A stretch of DNA of 63,365 bases, filler included, from Lenisia limosa (Eukaryota; Protista; Breviatea), in the NCBI GenBank assembly GCA_001655205.1. It is 12 parts of 12 records of this genome, joined end to end, with 100 filler letters (N's around TTAATTAATTAA, not from the genome) between each part and the next. Parts side by side here need not be neighbours in the genome. Positions count along the whole stretch, not along the records: positions 1 to 2,694 come from LPNZ01006686.1; positions 2,795 to 13,482 come from LPNZ01004667.1; positions 13,583 to 18,447 come from LPNZ01009838.1; 9 more parts are not named here. One strand, 5' to 3'. This document shows, one piece after another, positions 1 through 13,759 of this stretch. The translations under genes were made by a program, and so were the position numbers. The notes beneath the pieces are model-generated. The model saw only the letters and a program-made list of their open reading frames with translations, was not told the origin of the DNA and did no database searches. The number at the start of each line of letters is the position of its first letter. Position 1 is the stretch's first letter.

Positions 1-86
1 GGGATGTCTGAAGGGGGAGGATAAACTTGAAATTATGTTGTTTGGCCTACTAGCACCATTCTCAACCAACAGTTTCTTTGCTCATT

Positions 87-2256
87 GACTCCTCAGAGAT
101 GCCTGTCACACCCCGTTACTATCAATGGAGCATACTTAAACTGCCCTTCTGAGTTTGTGACTAATGGCGAAGGTTCTTGTGAAGTTGGGGGGGGGGGGNN
201 NNNNNNNNNNNNNNNNNNNNNNNNNNNNNNNNNNNNNNNNNNNNNNNNNNNNNNNNNNNNNNNNNNNNNNNNNNNNNNNNNNNNNNNNNNNNNNNNNNNN
301 NNNNNNNNNNNNNNNNNNNNNNNNNNNNNNNNNNNNNNNNNNNNNNNNNNNNNNNNNNNNNNNNNNNNNNCGTGGGCCCTGTGGCGAGAGACAACTGTTT
401 TTAGGTTTCTTCCTTTATCATTACCAAGGTAACATGTTCGGAAGGTATCCCTGTCAAAAACACCGTTTCGTGCACGAAAGCGTCTGGATGGTCCACTTTC
501 CCTGAGTGCAATTCTTGTATGCTGAGGGGCTTTGTGCATGGCCAGGTGATTACTTTCCATTTTGTTGTTCACTTTTCGGATCGTGAACTTTCATTTTCCA
601 CGCAGTGATATGTTAACCATATCTACTCGTGTTATAAGAATATTGACCATATCCCCTAGTATGTTATATTCACTCGGGATGAACCCTCTTGTTATCTTCG
701 TTCACCATTTCGACTCGAAAGCCGGTCTATTGATCATATCACTAGTGGATATGGGTGAACATTCAGGACTATGAAAATATCATTCAACCCCAATACTATT
801 GATAAGATAGTTTTAAAAAAAGGGGTTATCCCGGAGCATACCTTCAATCAGCACAATAGGTAGTCCGAATATAAGCCTTCAATCAGCACAATAGGTAGTC
901 CGAATATTATTCAACTCTCTCTGAATTGCTCCATTTCAGCCCTTTCGGGCCCCTTGTGACTTTTCAGTTCAAAGTTGTGACGAAGCCGTCACCAAACACT
1001 TTGGAGTGGCTGGTGTGTATCCTGTTGTCCTCTTTGGAACAAAAACCAATGGTAGGAGGTAGTGATGTCAGTAGGGGTTACGAATTTCTCGATAAATCCT
1101 TGATAAATATCGATTTTAAACGGTCTTTTTCGGAGCGTAGGGAAGCCCCAGATGTCAGACTTTGTGTTATGTTGCGTCCGAATGACTCATCAGTATACTG
1201 CGACTCGGAGGGTTTCATGCTGCTGGGATCGGTGACTGCTGGAGAGTCCAGTGATATGGTATGAAATCGTTTTTTTTCGGTTTCTATTAGCATTCATTGA
1301 CTCTGTAGCGATTCTCTGCTAAAACTGAGTATCGCTTTGGTGGAGCGGTACGCGATGGCTATGTTTGGAACATGTCTTCGTCTTCTTTACAGCACATGCT
1401 ATCCTAATTCTTCAGCCTGTTAACTACCCGGTGTTACCGAATAGCAATGTCGGTATTAAAACTATCAGCGATTTCCCCGCCAATACGGCAATGAAGGTTT
1501 GAATGCCTTTTACATGGTATATTCTGACACATTAGATGAGATGCTCTGAGAATTCGGGCAACACTTGGACTGAATACACATTCGCTACTGGTATGTTGGA
1601 ATGTGTTTTTTTTTTGTTTTACTTGATATAGCTAAGATCTGACAACTTAGGTTTCAGTGATTACGAGAGTGGAGATAAAGGAACTTATGGGGGTGAGCTT
1701 ACCTGTTTTCCTCTATTTACATATCATATGTATTATAGTAATATCATATATCATATATGATATGATACTTTTGACTATTGCCCATTTCCACAGCGAGTTG
1801 CAAATTGAAATACAATTCATTTTTATCAAGTCGTAGTAAACATCGACAAAATAGGCATTAATAATTTGTAATGCGTTGTTGGTGGTTTTAATCTGCCCAT
1901 AGACGCAACAATGTGGGCGTCGCTGTGCAACAACGGCTCTGCAGGGACCTGCAGACACTACAACTACAACTGCGGAGACGTCGTTGGCGTAAGAGGCGGT
2001 GGAATACTGATTCACGTATGAAAGTCGGTAATGACATTTTAGGCCAGCTTCTATGGCATTGCACTCTGCAAGGGTGTATCACATGATGGCGCAGGAAGCT
2101 TGTAGGTGACATTTTCTGTTTTGATGTGCTACGTTGCAGGACTGACAATCAAGGGTGGAGTTTGTTGCAACTTCCTCAAGCGCAACATTCATCAAGTGTA
2201 ACATGAGCAACTATTCTTCATCATCTGGAAGATTTGAGATCCTCATGAAGGCATAA
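87..2256 (+). CDS. 5'-partial multi-exon gene: sushi/CCP-like module followed by a fibrinogen-C-like (SC..VYCD..G) module
   Basis: Phase-consistent GT-AG exons give ...VTCSEGIPVKNTVSCTKASGWSTFPECNS|FQSCDEAVTKHFGVA|VYCDSEGFMLLGSV...WASLCNNGSAGTCRHYNYNCG...GRFEILMKA*. Domain names are motif-based, not HMM-tested. Confidence 0.55.
841..907. repeat. 35-bp tandem duplication
   Basis: CCTTCAATCAGCACAATAGGTAGTCCGAATAT x2. Confidence 0.85.
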
Positions 2257-2330
2257 GGATATCATACATTATATATATAGCTATATACACATCTTAAATC
2301 ACAATCAAAAGTCGGATCACTACCATATCA

Positions 2331-2578
2331 CTAGGACCGTTTCTTTGGGGGCTGAGGAGCCCACCAGTTCCAAATGTGTAGTACAGCGGTGTATACCGAG
2401 GCAAAGCCAAAAACAAAGAGAGCCTGGAAGATTAGAAGCAAACTGTCATGTGCACAATGCATCACCACCGATACCTTAAATGGTTGTTGCCACCAATGAT
2501 TGCCTATACTTTCCTGGTAACTGTACAAGTCATTTTGGAAGCAGTGTGTACATTCTCGTGATGTTTGTAAGGCTTGCT
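2331..2578 (-). CDS. 3' exons of a hypothetical membrane protein
   Basis: Two spliced exons read QALQTSRECTHCFQNDLYSYQESIGNHWWQQPFK|ALFVFGFASVYTAVLHIWNWWAPQPPKKRS*, with one hydrophobic segment. Confidence 0.4.
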
Positions 2579-2890
2579 AAAACATCAGCTATAAGTGGGG
2601 GAAATAGCGATAAAAATTACACAGAACAAAGTCGAGTAAACTAGAATCGTCAAGATTGACCAAGACCAATCAGTGTCCAATTATTTCCATCATANNNNNN
2701 NNNNNNNNNNNNNNNNNNNNNNNNNNNNNNNNNNNNNNTTAATTAATTAANNNNNNNNNNNNNNNNNNNNNNNNNNNNNNNNNNNNNNNNNNNNATGGAG
2801 AAAATCCAAAATCAGAAAAATGAAACAAAAAAGAGCAATTGGATAATAGTTAATATCCCCATAAGTTAGAGTTTTACCCCCCTCCCCCAC

Positions 2891-4205
2891 AAGAGTCCAG
2901 TCCTCAAAAGAACCGTCGGGAAGATAGCGCCTTACGATCAGCGGGATCTAGATCGTGAGAGAATTTCACACACATATTTTTTTGCGAATTACGGTACTAT
3001 GTAAACACATTCATAGAATGAAAGTGACAAATCTTTACCAACAAAATAAGATTTTCCCGAGGAAAAATCGGTTAAGACTGAGAGTTATGACTAAAATCAG
3101 GCATAGGGGAGAAAAAAAAAAAAAANNNNNNNNNNNNNNNNNNNNNNNNNNNNNNNNNNNNNNNNNNNNNNNNNNNNNNNNNNNNNNNNNNNNNNNNNNN
3201 NNNNNNNNNNNNNNNNNNNNNNATTATCAAATCAATTCACACAATGATTTACTAACAACTCTGTGCACCAAAATGGAGTTTGTTTTTTGAATTGTAAAGT
3301 TGAGTCCCCCCCACCCCTCTCCTTTTAGTCGATTCCATCACACCATCACGCTTATAAGAGATATTGGATTGTAGGAAAACATTAGTTCACCCAATCCTTT
3401 GCCTTACAACTCTGTGTAAAATATCTTTATACTTTATAGCTTTATGCGTGTCTTGAGACAAGTATATAATAATCCCAATTACAGTCAACCGCTAGATCTC
3501 TATGATCCTAGTTTCAAGAGAGACTTTACTGCAAAAAAAAAGTGAGTATGAGATGGGGAAAACTTTATACCCAATCATTTGCTTTCCAACACAAAGAACA
3601 TAGATGTAGAAGGGAAGAAAGAATTAAGACAAAGAAGTAGGGCTTCACTTCGGTTCGAAAAAAGAATGAATTTCTCGATACATCCTTGAAAACTATCGAT
3701 ATTTTCCCGGTTTTTTCCGAACCGAAGTGAAGCTCTACAAAGAGCTGGGTGGTGGAGTAAAGAGAAGATGAGTATGCTGTCATTATCGCAATTTCAAATT
3801 AGCCAACAGAATTGATCCCGTCTTTTATTCATTTCATGAAGTTTCCAATTTTACCCTCGCACCTTCTTAGCCTTCAGTTCCTTCTCAGCAATCTCAAGAG
3901 GGTCGGTTTCTCCTTCCAACTCAACCATCAGAGGGGCGTTCATACTGAGGTGTAAGTCACGTATCGCACTACGATATTGCATAAAAGCAACAGCTCACGA
4001 AATCTGGAGGGCTCTTGTGCCGATAAGACGTGCACGCTCGTATTTTGTCATGTAGGGGGTTGTGATGCGTGCTGCAGGGGCGGCGGCTTCAGCTTCTTCT
4101 GGCTGGGCCTGCTCAACAATCTCAACATTAGCCCTGTTGCAAGTTAAGGGAAGGAGAAGGGTAATAAAGGCCAAATGACAATGCTTCCACTAACTGATCT
4201 TCCAT
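2891..4205 (-). CDS. RPB6: RNA polymerase I/II/III shared subunit RPB6 (RPABC2); last exon not visible
   Basis: Exons 4205-4195, 4133-3999, 3944-3863 and 2947-2891 give MEDQANVEIV...[70 protein letters not shown], the diagnostic RPB6 sequence. Confidence 0.97.
3638..3737. mobile_element. MITE family A, full-length, TA-flanked, in RPB6 intron
   Basis: TA-GGGCTTCACTTCGGTTCGAAAAAAG...TTTTTTCCGAACCGAAGTGAAGCTC-TA. Confidence 0.85.
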
Positions 4206-4733
4206 TTTGAGTGCTGGTGCCGTTCACAAGAAGTTCAAATAAAAAATATCAAAAAGTAAAGCAACCACTATGCCCAAAAGGCTTCTTTTTGGAAAACAGC
4301 CAACAGTTGAAGCAAAATCGGCGGCGGTATCAGTTTCCTATAAGGATGGCCGTAGGTAAGGCGGCGTATTTTACACTTCAATCTAAGTAACGTATTTGTT
4401 GATTATATCCAAGATAAATATAATTAATATTATTTAAACGTCTATATTATAAATATTAATACATAGATTCACTAAGAACAACTGTTCCCAAAACAGTAAA
4501 TTTTCCTCTGTATAAACACTACAGTGTACTATTAAAAATTTGTTGCAAAAAAAAACGGGTATTCGGCGTATATACAGATAGGGAGGTATATTTATTTACT
4601 TTTTATTATATTATATTTGTATTAAACCGAAAACAGAGAGATATCAACCCACTTTTGGTCTTCCTGACCCTGTTTCTTTTCTCTTGTTTCTTGGAGTTTA
4701 CGCTATCTTGCGTGTTATTATAAGAGTCCTGTA
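4206..4733. promoter_or_regulatory. Putative bidirectional promoter (RPB6 / Cys-rich gene)
   Basis: About 530 bp with an AT-rich core between divergent start codons; inferred from position only. Confidence 0.45.
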
Positions 4734-7700
4734 ATGAGAGTGTTGGCATTCCTTTGCCTCGCCTTTTTGGCTTTTTCCTTCGCAGGTTTGGTTTTGGCCG
4801 CCTTTATGTTTATTGTCCTATTTTGTCGTTCTTATTTGACTATTCTAGCTGCGACATGCCCCGTTCAGTGCTCTGATGTAAGTTAGGTTTTTAGCCCGAC
4901 GTGGTCTCACTCTCTTTTAGGGGAGTTGCGCCCTGGAAAGCTCCCTTTGCTTGACTGAGTGTACTACTTTTCAAACCCGCTGTCCTGATGGAGTAGGCGT
5001 TGTGTATTTTCAACTGATTTTTCACTCTTTCGTCTACTTTGTCTTCCAGTTGACACAAACATTACTGACTGATGCGCCCTATTTGATAGGCCTTTTTTTG
5101 ATGTTTTTTTAGGAATGTGTTTCAAAACCAGAAGAGTGCTGCATGCTTTGTGATGGAATTGCCGTGAGTGGGCTACTTAAATGACTTTAATGAGTTATCG
5201 GGGTGATATCCCGTGAGGTTTTGCATTCTTATTTTGTAGTTTCTGATTCCGACATAATGATTGATCTTCTTCAGGGACCTATTTGCCCTAAGACCATCTC
5301 AGAGCTCTCTCTGTGCACCTGTGCTTCAATGGAGCAGACATTCTGTCCCCTCGAAGGCAAATGTATTCCCACAACGGAGCCTTGCGTCGACTCCTTCGGC
5401 TGCACAATGGAGCAGGTCTACTGTAACGCAACTGGCAAGTGCATTTACTTTGGAGAACCCTGTGACGCCCCTGCTTCCTGCACCCCCCCTCAGGTAAGCC
5501 TTGCAGAACTTCCTGACAGACATGATCTGATCTCTCTACTGCAACTTTGCTCAAGCACCGCTGACCTCTTTTAGGAGCTCTGTGCTGCTGACGGCATGTG
5601 CAAGCTTGCTGAGTTTTGTTGTGAAGCCGGATTCTACTACTGTGACATTCTTCACGAGTGTATCTCCAGCACCAGCGAATGCGACTGCCCTGTCTCAGCG
5701 AAGTACTGCGGAGAGCTTTCCGTATACGGGGGTTGTTTTGTGTTCTGTTTTTGGTATTTTCCTTCCTTTGCTTTGTTGTGATTAATATCTTTTCAGTTCA
5801 CGAATCTTTACACCAGTAGTCTTCGTCAAAATTTCCTTTGTTCCCTCCCCTTCCCCGCGCGCCCCATTTGTTGTGCTCTTACCATCCAGTCCTGCATTGC
5901 CGAAACCGCATACTGCTGCCCCCTCGGCCAGGCCTATTGCGACTACACCGACAAGTGCCAAGACGTTTCCCTGTCCTGCACTCCCCCGGCCTGTCCTTCC
6001 GACAAGCCCATCCGCTGTCCCGAGACCTCCATGCATCCCGGCCTCTGTGTCGTCCGTTCAACCGACTGTAATGTTGCCCCCCCCACGTGCAGCTACAACG
6101 GCACGCTGTGCGTCGACGCCTTCCCCTACTGTCTTGACGCTGGTCACGCCTGCGGCTCAGCTTCCGGCTTTTATTGTCCCGACGGATGGAGCCAATGTGA
6201 GGACGGAACGCCTAAGGCTCTCGAGTGCGTCCAGAACCCCGAACAGTGTTTTGTCTGCGACTATGTCAGCTGCCCTACTGGTAGTGACTATCCTGGCGTA
6301 AGAGGGGAGTATTATTGACTTGTGCTTTTGTTTTGTTGTTTTGAACCTGTGTGTATTTCCCAAATGCTAGCCAACAGAGTTGATTATGGGTTTTTTTTTT
6401 GTTTTACAATTTTTCCTTTAAGAGTACCTTTCTGCCNNNNNNNNNNNNNNNNNNNNNNNNNNNNNNNNNNNNNNNNNNNNNNNNNNNNNNNNNNNNNNNN
6501 NNNNNNNNNNNNNNNNNNNNNNNNNNNNNNNNNNNNNNNNNNNNNNNNNNNNNNNNNNNNNNNNNNNNNNNNNNNNNNNNNNNNNNAACCTGCACCGGTG
6601 CTGAGGTGCTCTGTTCCGACATGGAAACATGCGCCATGAAGATCCAGGAATGCCCCGACTTCTGCGCCGTCGGAACGTCATACTGCGAGGCCCTCGGCCA
6701 ATGTCTTACCATGGAGCAGTGCAACTGCAGTATGTGGGACGTGTGGTTGCTGACCTTCAAAGTTTCCTTCGTTTCTACCCCTTTTACCCCCCCCCCCCCN
6801 NNNNNNNNNNNNNNNNNNNNNNNNNNNNNNNNNNNNNNNNNNNNNNNNNNNNNNNNNNNNNNNNNNNNNNNNNNNNNNNNNNNNNNNNNNNNNNNNNNNN
6901 NNNNNNNNNNNNNNNNNNNNNNNNNNNNNNNNNNNNNNNNNNNNNNNNNNNNNNNNNNNNNNNNNNNNNNNNNNNNNNNNGTGCTTGTTGACGACGTCTG
7001 CCCATGCCCCGAGGCTGGAACTATCCGCTGCCGTCACGAGCCTTCTCTCTGTGTTTTCCAGGTGCGTGGAGGGTGGGGTGTGTATGTGGTGCTTCACTTT
7101 AATATGTTTTCAAGAATTTATCGAGAAATTCCGTCTTTTGTTGAACCAAAGTGAAGCCCTAATTGTATGTGATATTCAGTGTAACGTCTTCCCCTTTCCC
7201 CCCTTAAGAGCCTAACATTTTAGGAGTCCGAGTGCCCTTGCGCTATGAACTCCACTCGCTGCCCTGACGACGGAAAATGGTACAAGGGCTGGGGGTAGTA
7301 GCAGGCTGTGTTATTCTGACTTAATGCTTAGTTGTCATATGAAATCTCTTACACCTCAGCTACGAGAACTCCCTCTTCGAGACTCGCTGTGGCGGCTGTG
7401 AGGCCGGCACTGTCCGCTGCCCTGACAGTAGGCTTGGAGAGCTTTTTGTTTCAAAAGTGGTATTTATATATCAATATAGATTAATTTTTGCAACTACAGC
7501 CATTTTTCAACAATTCCACTCCAAATCCTGACCTCCCAGCTTCCTGTGCCACCTCCACTGCCGAGTGCGTGGAGTGCACTGGCGTGATCTGCCCCTACAT
7601 GCGTACTGAGTCTTGTGCTGCTACCCTGGCCGAATGCGGCGCTTGTCTTCCCGATTTCGTCACCTGCTCCAGTGGCCAATGTGCCTTCAGGTGGGTCAAT

Positions 7701-10700
7701 TGATTGGTCTTTTGGTTAATTCAGTTGGTCCCTCCCTCCCTTCGTTTCCCCCTCCGTTTTTCACCCTCCAGTGCTGACGAATGCCCCTGCATGGGTGACG
7801 AGAAGCGCTGTTGGGACGGCAAATGCCATCTCGAGTGTCCCAGCGATGACTGTCCCGCCTCCGCCCCCGTGTCCTGTATTGGAACCGCCGACTCTACTGG
7901 TGCTCCCATCTGGTGAGCATTGTGTTATTCCCNNNNNNNNNNNNNNNNNNNNNNNNNNNNNNNNNNNNNNNNNNNNNNNNNNNNNNNNNNNNNNNNNNNN
8001 NNNNNNNNNNNNNNACTCACTCTTAATAATCTAAGAACATTGACTCACTCTTAATAATCTAAGAACATTAACTCACTCTTAATAACTCATGAACTGACAC
8101 ATTCACTGACACATTCAGCGTTGAGAAGCCTTCCATGTGCCCTTGCCCCAGCGGCATGGTCAAGTGTGAGTCCGGCCTCTGTGTCGACAGCCTCACTGAG
8201 TGTGACGTCGTCTGTCCCGAGTCTGCTCCTATTCTCTGCGGTATGTTGGGTGCATTTCTCGTTTCTCGTAAAGCTTCACTTTCGGATCCAGAAACTCTAA
8301 TTTCTCGTTTATACTATTTGAGTGAACATTTTTTTAATTTTTCATTTCTTTATATTAGCCTTGCTATTATACCATAATTATTTTTCTTCTTTAAGATCAT
8401 TAAGATCATTGCCCTCACTTCCACAGAGGATAACACCTGCGCGGACACCTACGCCAACTGCCCTTGCCCCACGTTTGCTCCCCTCAAGTGCGCCGCCACC
8501 GGAGAATGTGTCCAGGATCGCAAACAATGCCCTTGCGCCGCCGGTACTTTCAAGGTCGGCTTTCTCCGGCCTGGGTTATTGATTGCGCGAATTAATGTTC
8601 CAATATCTCCTATCTAATCTTGACGTTGTGGACGGCTTCATCCAGACACATCATCAAATAATCTTGACGGTGTGGACGGCTTCGGCCAGACACATCATCT
8701 TGTTTTATTTCTCATGTCTGGCTTATTATGTTCATCATCTATCATCATCATGCTCTGTGTTGTAAGTATTTCGTTTGTTAACCTATACAGTGCCCCTCCG
8801 GCGAGTGTGTCTACGACGAAATGGAGTGTCCCTGTCCAACAGACGCCCCCGTAAAATGCTGGGACCGCTCTTGCGCCGCCACCGATTCCGCCTGTCCCGT
8901 GGAATCTGTCTGCCCCGCAGAGTTCCATCTTTGCCCCGGCACGCTAAACCAGTGTGTCCCTAGTTTGGACCAGTGCCAATGCCCCTCTACACTCCCCCAT
9001 CTCTGTGACGGCTCTTTTGTTTGCGCCACGAAGGCGCTCAACTGCCCTTGCCCCTCCGGAGAGCACCGCTGTATGTCCACTGGAAAGTGTCTTGCCGAGT
9101 CCGACACCAGCTGTGTTGAGGAATCCTGCCCCGAAATGACCTTCGCTTGTCCTCGTGGTGTCGGCGAAGCTCTTGTCTGCAAGGCTGACCCCTCGGAGTG
9201 CCCATGCCCCTCTCATCTTCCCATTGAGTGCCCGATCTTCTCCTCCAGCCAGTCGAAGAAGTGTGTTGCTAAAGAGAGCTACTGCGGTTGTCCTGCTGAC
9301 CTCCCTGTCCAGTGCCCTGGTATGCGGCTATCTATAAATGGTTTATTTTCACTCCCCCCCCTTCCCTTTTTTTTTGTTGCATAAATCTTCCTTTTTACCT
9401 TTTTTTGCTATTTTGTTACCTCTCACCCCCTAGGCACCGAACTCCTCTGCGTTGGTGACCTGAAAATGTGTCCTTGCGACACCGGAAACCGCTGTGACGA
9501 CGGCATGTGCCCAGACGCCTCCACCGGCTGTGCCAGCACCTGTGGCCCGACCGAGTACATCTGCCCGGATCGCAGCTGCGTTACCGACTTTATGAAGTGC
9601 CCGTGTCCTGACAGCACGATGAAGAAGTGCGCTGACGAGCGTTGTGTTGTGGACGTTGCCGAGTGCGTGAACACCTACGAGTGCCCCATTGACCTTCCCG
9701 TCCGCTGTTGGGATAACTCCTGCATGCCCGAGAAGTCCATGTGCCCCTGTGAGATGCCCGGGCACATTCGCTGCGGAACTCGTGACGTCTGCATGCCCTA
9801 TGCCGACTGCGAGACTTTCGAGGACACCACCTGTGACCCCACGACGCCCTTCATCTGTCCCGATGGTGTTCACTGCTACGCCAAGTCCATCCACGAATGT
9901 GAGGCCTGCCCCCTCCCAACTCAAACTAAGTGTCCCGACGGTCGTTGTCTTGCTTTCGACCTTGTTGATGCCGGATATTGTGAAGACATCACTGGTGGCT
10001 GTGACGGCTTCCTCTGCCCCTCTTCCTTCGAGTGCGTTGATAAGCCTGAACAATGTCCTTGCCCTGCTGACACCAAACGCTGTTCGAACGGACTTTGTCT
10101 CGAGACTTGCTCTGACAGCTTCGACGTTGAATGCCCCGCTGCTGCCCCCTTCCTCTGTCCTGATATGACCTGCAAGCCCGCCATCAGCGACTGTCCCTGC
10201 CCTAACGGTCTTATCAAGTGCGCCACCGGATCCTGTGTTGTCAAGCAGGAAGAGTGCATTGAGGTCGTTTGCGAGGCGCCACGCGTGCTCTGTGCCGACG
10301 GTGACGTCTGTGTCGATGACGTCACCATGTGTCCCTCCACATCCTTTTGCCCTGACGATTGGGTCCGTTGCTCAGCCTCCTTCTGCGCCCCTTCTGCGGA
10401 CCTGTGCTACGTTGATGACTGCAGCGCCAAGGATCTCTACACCTGTCCCGACGGTCAATGTGCTCCATCTCCGTACGAATGCGCAACTCGTCCAACTTGC
10501 CCTGAAGGCCTCTTCTTCTGCTCCTTCATCAACGATTGTCTTCCCGAGGCTGAAAAGGCTCTTTGCATCACCGAGATCACGTGCCCATCTGACAAGCCTG
10601 TTCTTTGCCGTGACGACACGTGTGTAACGTCCTACGCCGAATGCCCCTCTGAATCCTTCTGTCCCGAGGGTCTCGTGAAATGCGTTGAAGGCGACATCTG

Positions 10701-13340
10701 CGTCACTGCTGCTGAGGAATGCAAGGCAATCTTCCACGAGTGTGCCTCCACTGATATCCGTTGTATGGACGGAACCTGCGCCAAGACTTCGGCTGACTGC
10801 CCATCAATGGTCACGTGCCCGGAGGACCAAGTCAAGTGCCCACAGCCTGTTGACATGTGCGTCAAGTCCAAGGCCGAATGCGAGCGTCTGATGGCTGATT
10901 TCGAAGCCATCTTCACCGACCTGATCTCCAGCGACATGTTCATTTGTCCCGACGGTTCTGCCGTGCTTAACAAGGAGGACTGCGGTGTCATCGGCACGAC
11001 TTGCCCTGCTGATATGGTTGTCTGTCCCGACGGTAACTGCAAGGCCACCAACGCCGAATGCTCGGTCTACGAGTGCGACAAGATCCTTTGTCCCGGTACT
11101 AAGCAGTGCGTCGAAGCCGCATCAATGTGCGGCCAGCTTGCGATGTGTCCTACAGGCAGTGTCAAATGTTGGGATGGTCAGTGCGCCGCTACTAAGGACG
11201 ATTGCCCTGTTTTCGAGGCCTGCGACGGTTTCAAATGTCCCGACGGAACTTGTGTTGGAGCTGCCGAAGCCCATCTCTGCCCTGCCGTCTCCAAATGCCC
11301 CTCTGACTCCCCTATTAAATGCTGGGACGGCTCATGCCGTAAGGCTCTCAGCGAATGCCCTGATATTGACTCGTGCCCTGCCAACACCCGTCGTTGTCCT
11401 GACGGCTACTGTCAAATTGTCGGTAAGGACTGCCCTCAGGTCCAAACCTGTCCGCCGAAGGAGCCGATCATGTGTCCCAACATGAAGTGCGTTGCCGACT
11501 TCGACGACTGCGAAGACGTTCACGTTTGTCCCGAGACTAAGCCCATCAAATGCCCCTCGGGAACCTGTTCCACTTCCATCGCTGAGTGTGACACTCCTCC
11601 CACATGCCCGAGCTCTCATCCCGTCCTGTGCCCGGACCGCAGATGCGCCCTGTACCACTCCGATTGCGATGACGGCGGCTTCATTGACTGCGATATGTTC
11701 CTCTGCCCCGACCTGACCTGTGTTGAGTTCCCCGAGGATTGTCCCGTCGCCACCAAGTGTGACGCGACCAACCCCTTCTTCTGCCCCTTCACTTTGACCT
11801 GTGTCGCGGCTGCCGACGACTGTTCCGCTTCCGGATGCCCTACTGGCTTTACCGAATGCGGTTCGTGGGGCTCGGGTTTTTATACATGATAAAGTGACCG
11901 GGATAAGTCTTTACTTGGGAAATTTCATAGCAAATCGGTCAAGACTTATCCCAGTCACTGTATATTATAATATTGATCACCCTAATTGCCCCTTTTCTAC
12001 CCCCCTCAACCGGGCTGTTTTTTTTTTATTGTTTTATGAATTTTCCAACTTTTCTCACCGCCCAGCCCTGAACGGCAAATGCCTGCCCGCCGGCGAGGAA
12101 TGTGCCGCTTCCTGCCCCGAGGACATGTTTATGTGCGCCGACAAGATGTGCGTGTTCCATGAAGAGGAGTGCTTCGAGGACGATCAGTATGACGTCTGTG
12201 TCGCCGGAGAGTTCTTCTGTCTTAGCACCAAGCTCTGTGTTGTCAAGGCTGATTTCGAACTCGACTTCACGCTCTGCCCTCCTTCCAACATCTGCCCCCG
12301 TACGGCTCCTTACCAATGTGACGACGGTGTCTGTGTTGAATCATCCCGTCTCTGCCCCATCATCACTGACGATTGTCCTGTTGGCGAGAAGCTCTGTGGC
12401 TTCGACGGACAATGTCACCCCGTGTGTCCAATGATCGAGAAGTGCGACCAACACATCTGTGAAACCGGAGAATGCGTTGCTTCTGCTGGAGAGTGCTCGA
12501 CCGCGATCACCAACGATCCTCGCCTCTGCCCCGTTGGAATGACGCGCTGCGCTAATGGCGCTTGCGCCACTAAATGCCGGACCAGCAACGGATGTCCCAT
12601 CGGCACGGAAGTCAAATGTGACGATGGAGAATGCGTTGTTTCTGCCGGCGATTGCAAGGCCGCAACGCTCTTCAACGGCTGCCCTCCCACCGACCCCTAT
12701 CTCTGCAGCTACGGCCAGTGCGTTTCAAGCTCTGCCGACTGCCTTTCCGAAGACCTCTGCCCCAAGTCCACGCCATATCGCTGCGATAACGGTGACTGTG
12801 TGGCTAAGTACTCCGAATGCCCATCCGTGGTTGAAGATTGCGAAGCTGGTACCCCGTACCGTTGCCCTCTCTCCAAGACCTGCGTCGCCACTCCCGACTC
12901 TTGCCTGACCACTTCCGGTTGCACCGTTCTGAGCCCCTTCAGATGTGCCGACGGAACCTGCAAGGCCAAGCCCTCCGACTGCCCCGCCGTAGTCACATGC
13001 CCCACTAACTTCTTCATCTGCGCCAATGGCGAGTGCGTGGCTGACAAGGTCGAATGTCGCCCTGTTGAAGCCTGTCCCACAACCAAACCGTTCCGCTGCC
13101 CTGAATCTCGCGAATGCGTCCCTACCGAAGCCGACTGCCGCTCGATCTGCCCTCTGTCTCGCCCCTTCAAGTGCCCCAAGGACTCGCGTTGTGTTGAAAA
13201 CATCGACAGCTGTGTTGAGTCTAACAAATGCGCCCATACCACCAAGCCCTTCAAATGTTCCGACGGTACTTGTGCCGTGTCTCCTGCTGAGTGTGCCGCC
13301 CCCGTGTGCCAGCCTGCTGCTCCCGTTCTTTGCCCCGAAG
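4734..13340 (+). CDS. Giant secreted/surface cysteine-rich repeat protein (CPxxxPxxCxDGxC repeats), 3'-partial
   Basis: Signal peptide MRVLAFLCLAFLAFSFA at 4734. At least 18 exons, including 8791-9319, 9434-11860 and 12066-13340. Dozens of ~22-24 aa four-Cys units, e.g. CPSDSPIKCWDGSCRKALSECP. Runs into the spacer at 13483. Confidence 0.9.
8015..8115. repeat. Intronic 28-bp minisatellite plus a 12-bp duplication
   Basis: ACTCACTCTTAATAATCTAAGAACATT x~2.5; ACTGACACATTC x2. Confidence 0.85.
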
Positions 13341-13759
13341 GTTGGTGGTGCTTTGTTTCCTTCCCATCTCCACGTTGTTGCGCCAACAGAGTTGATTTGG
13401 GCTTTTTTGGTTCATAAATTTTTCAGCCCCCTCCCCCCAGTACCTTTACGCCAATATTCTTCATCGAAAGCTCCTTTACCCTNNNNNNNNNNNNNNNNNN
13501 NNNNNNNNNNNNNNNNNNNNNNNNNNTTAATTAATTAANNNNNNNNNNNNNNNNNNNNNNNNNNNNNNNNNNNNNNNNNNNNCCCCCCCCCCCTCCCTTT
13601 TTCCCTTCTTGACATTCTTCTTTGTGAGGGAAATTACCTTATATCTATTTATATATCTGATATGATATCATATTATATATGATGAAATGATGAGATACAC
13701 ACACTATATAGTATATATATATCATATAGTATATATAATATAAATAGCTAGTATCTGGC

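Noticed and set aside
9423-13386. Long minus-strand and alternate-frame ORFs overlapping the Cys-rich gene
   Set aside because: They are shadow ORFs caused by GC-rich, biased codon usage in the real frame.
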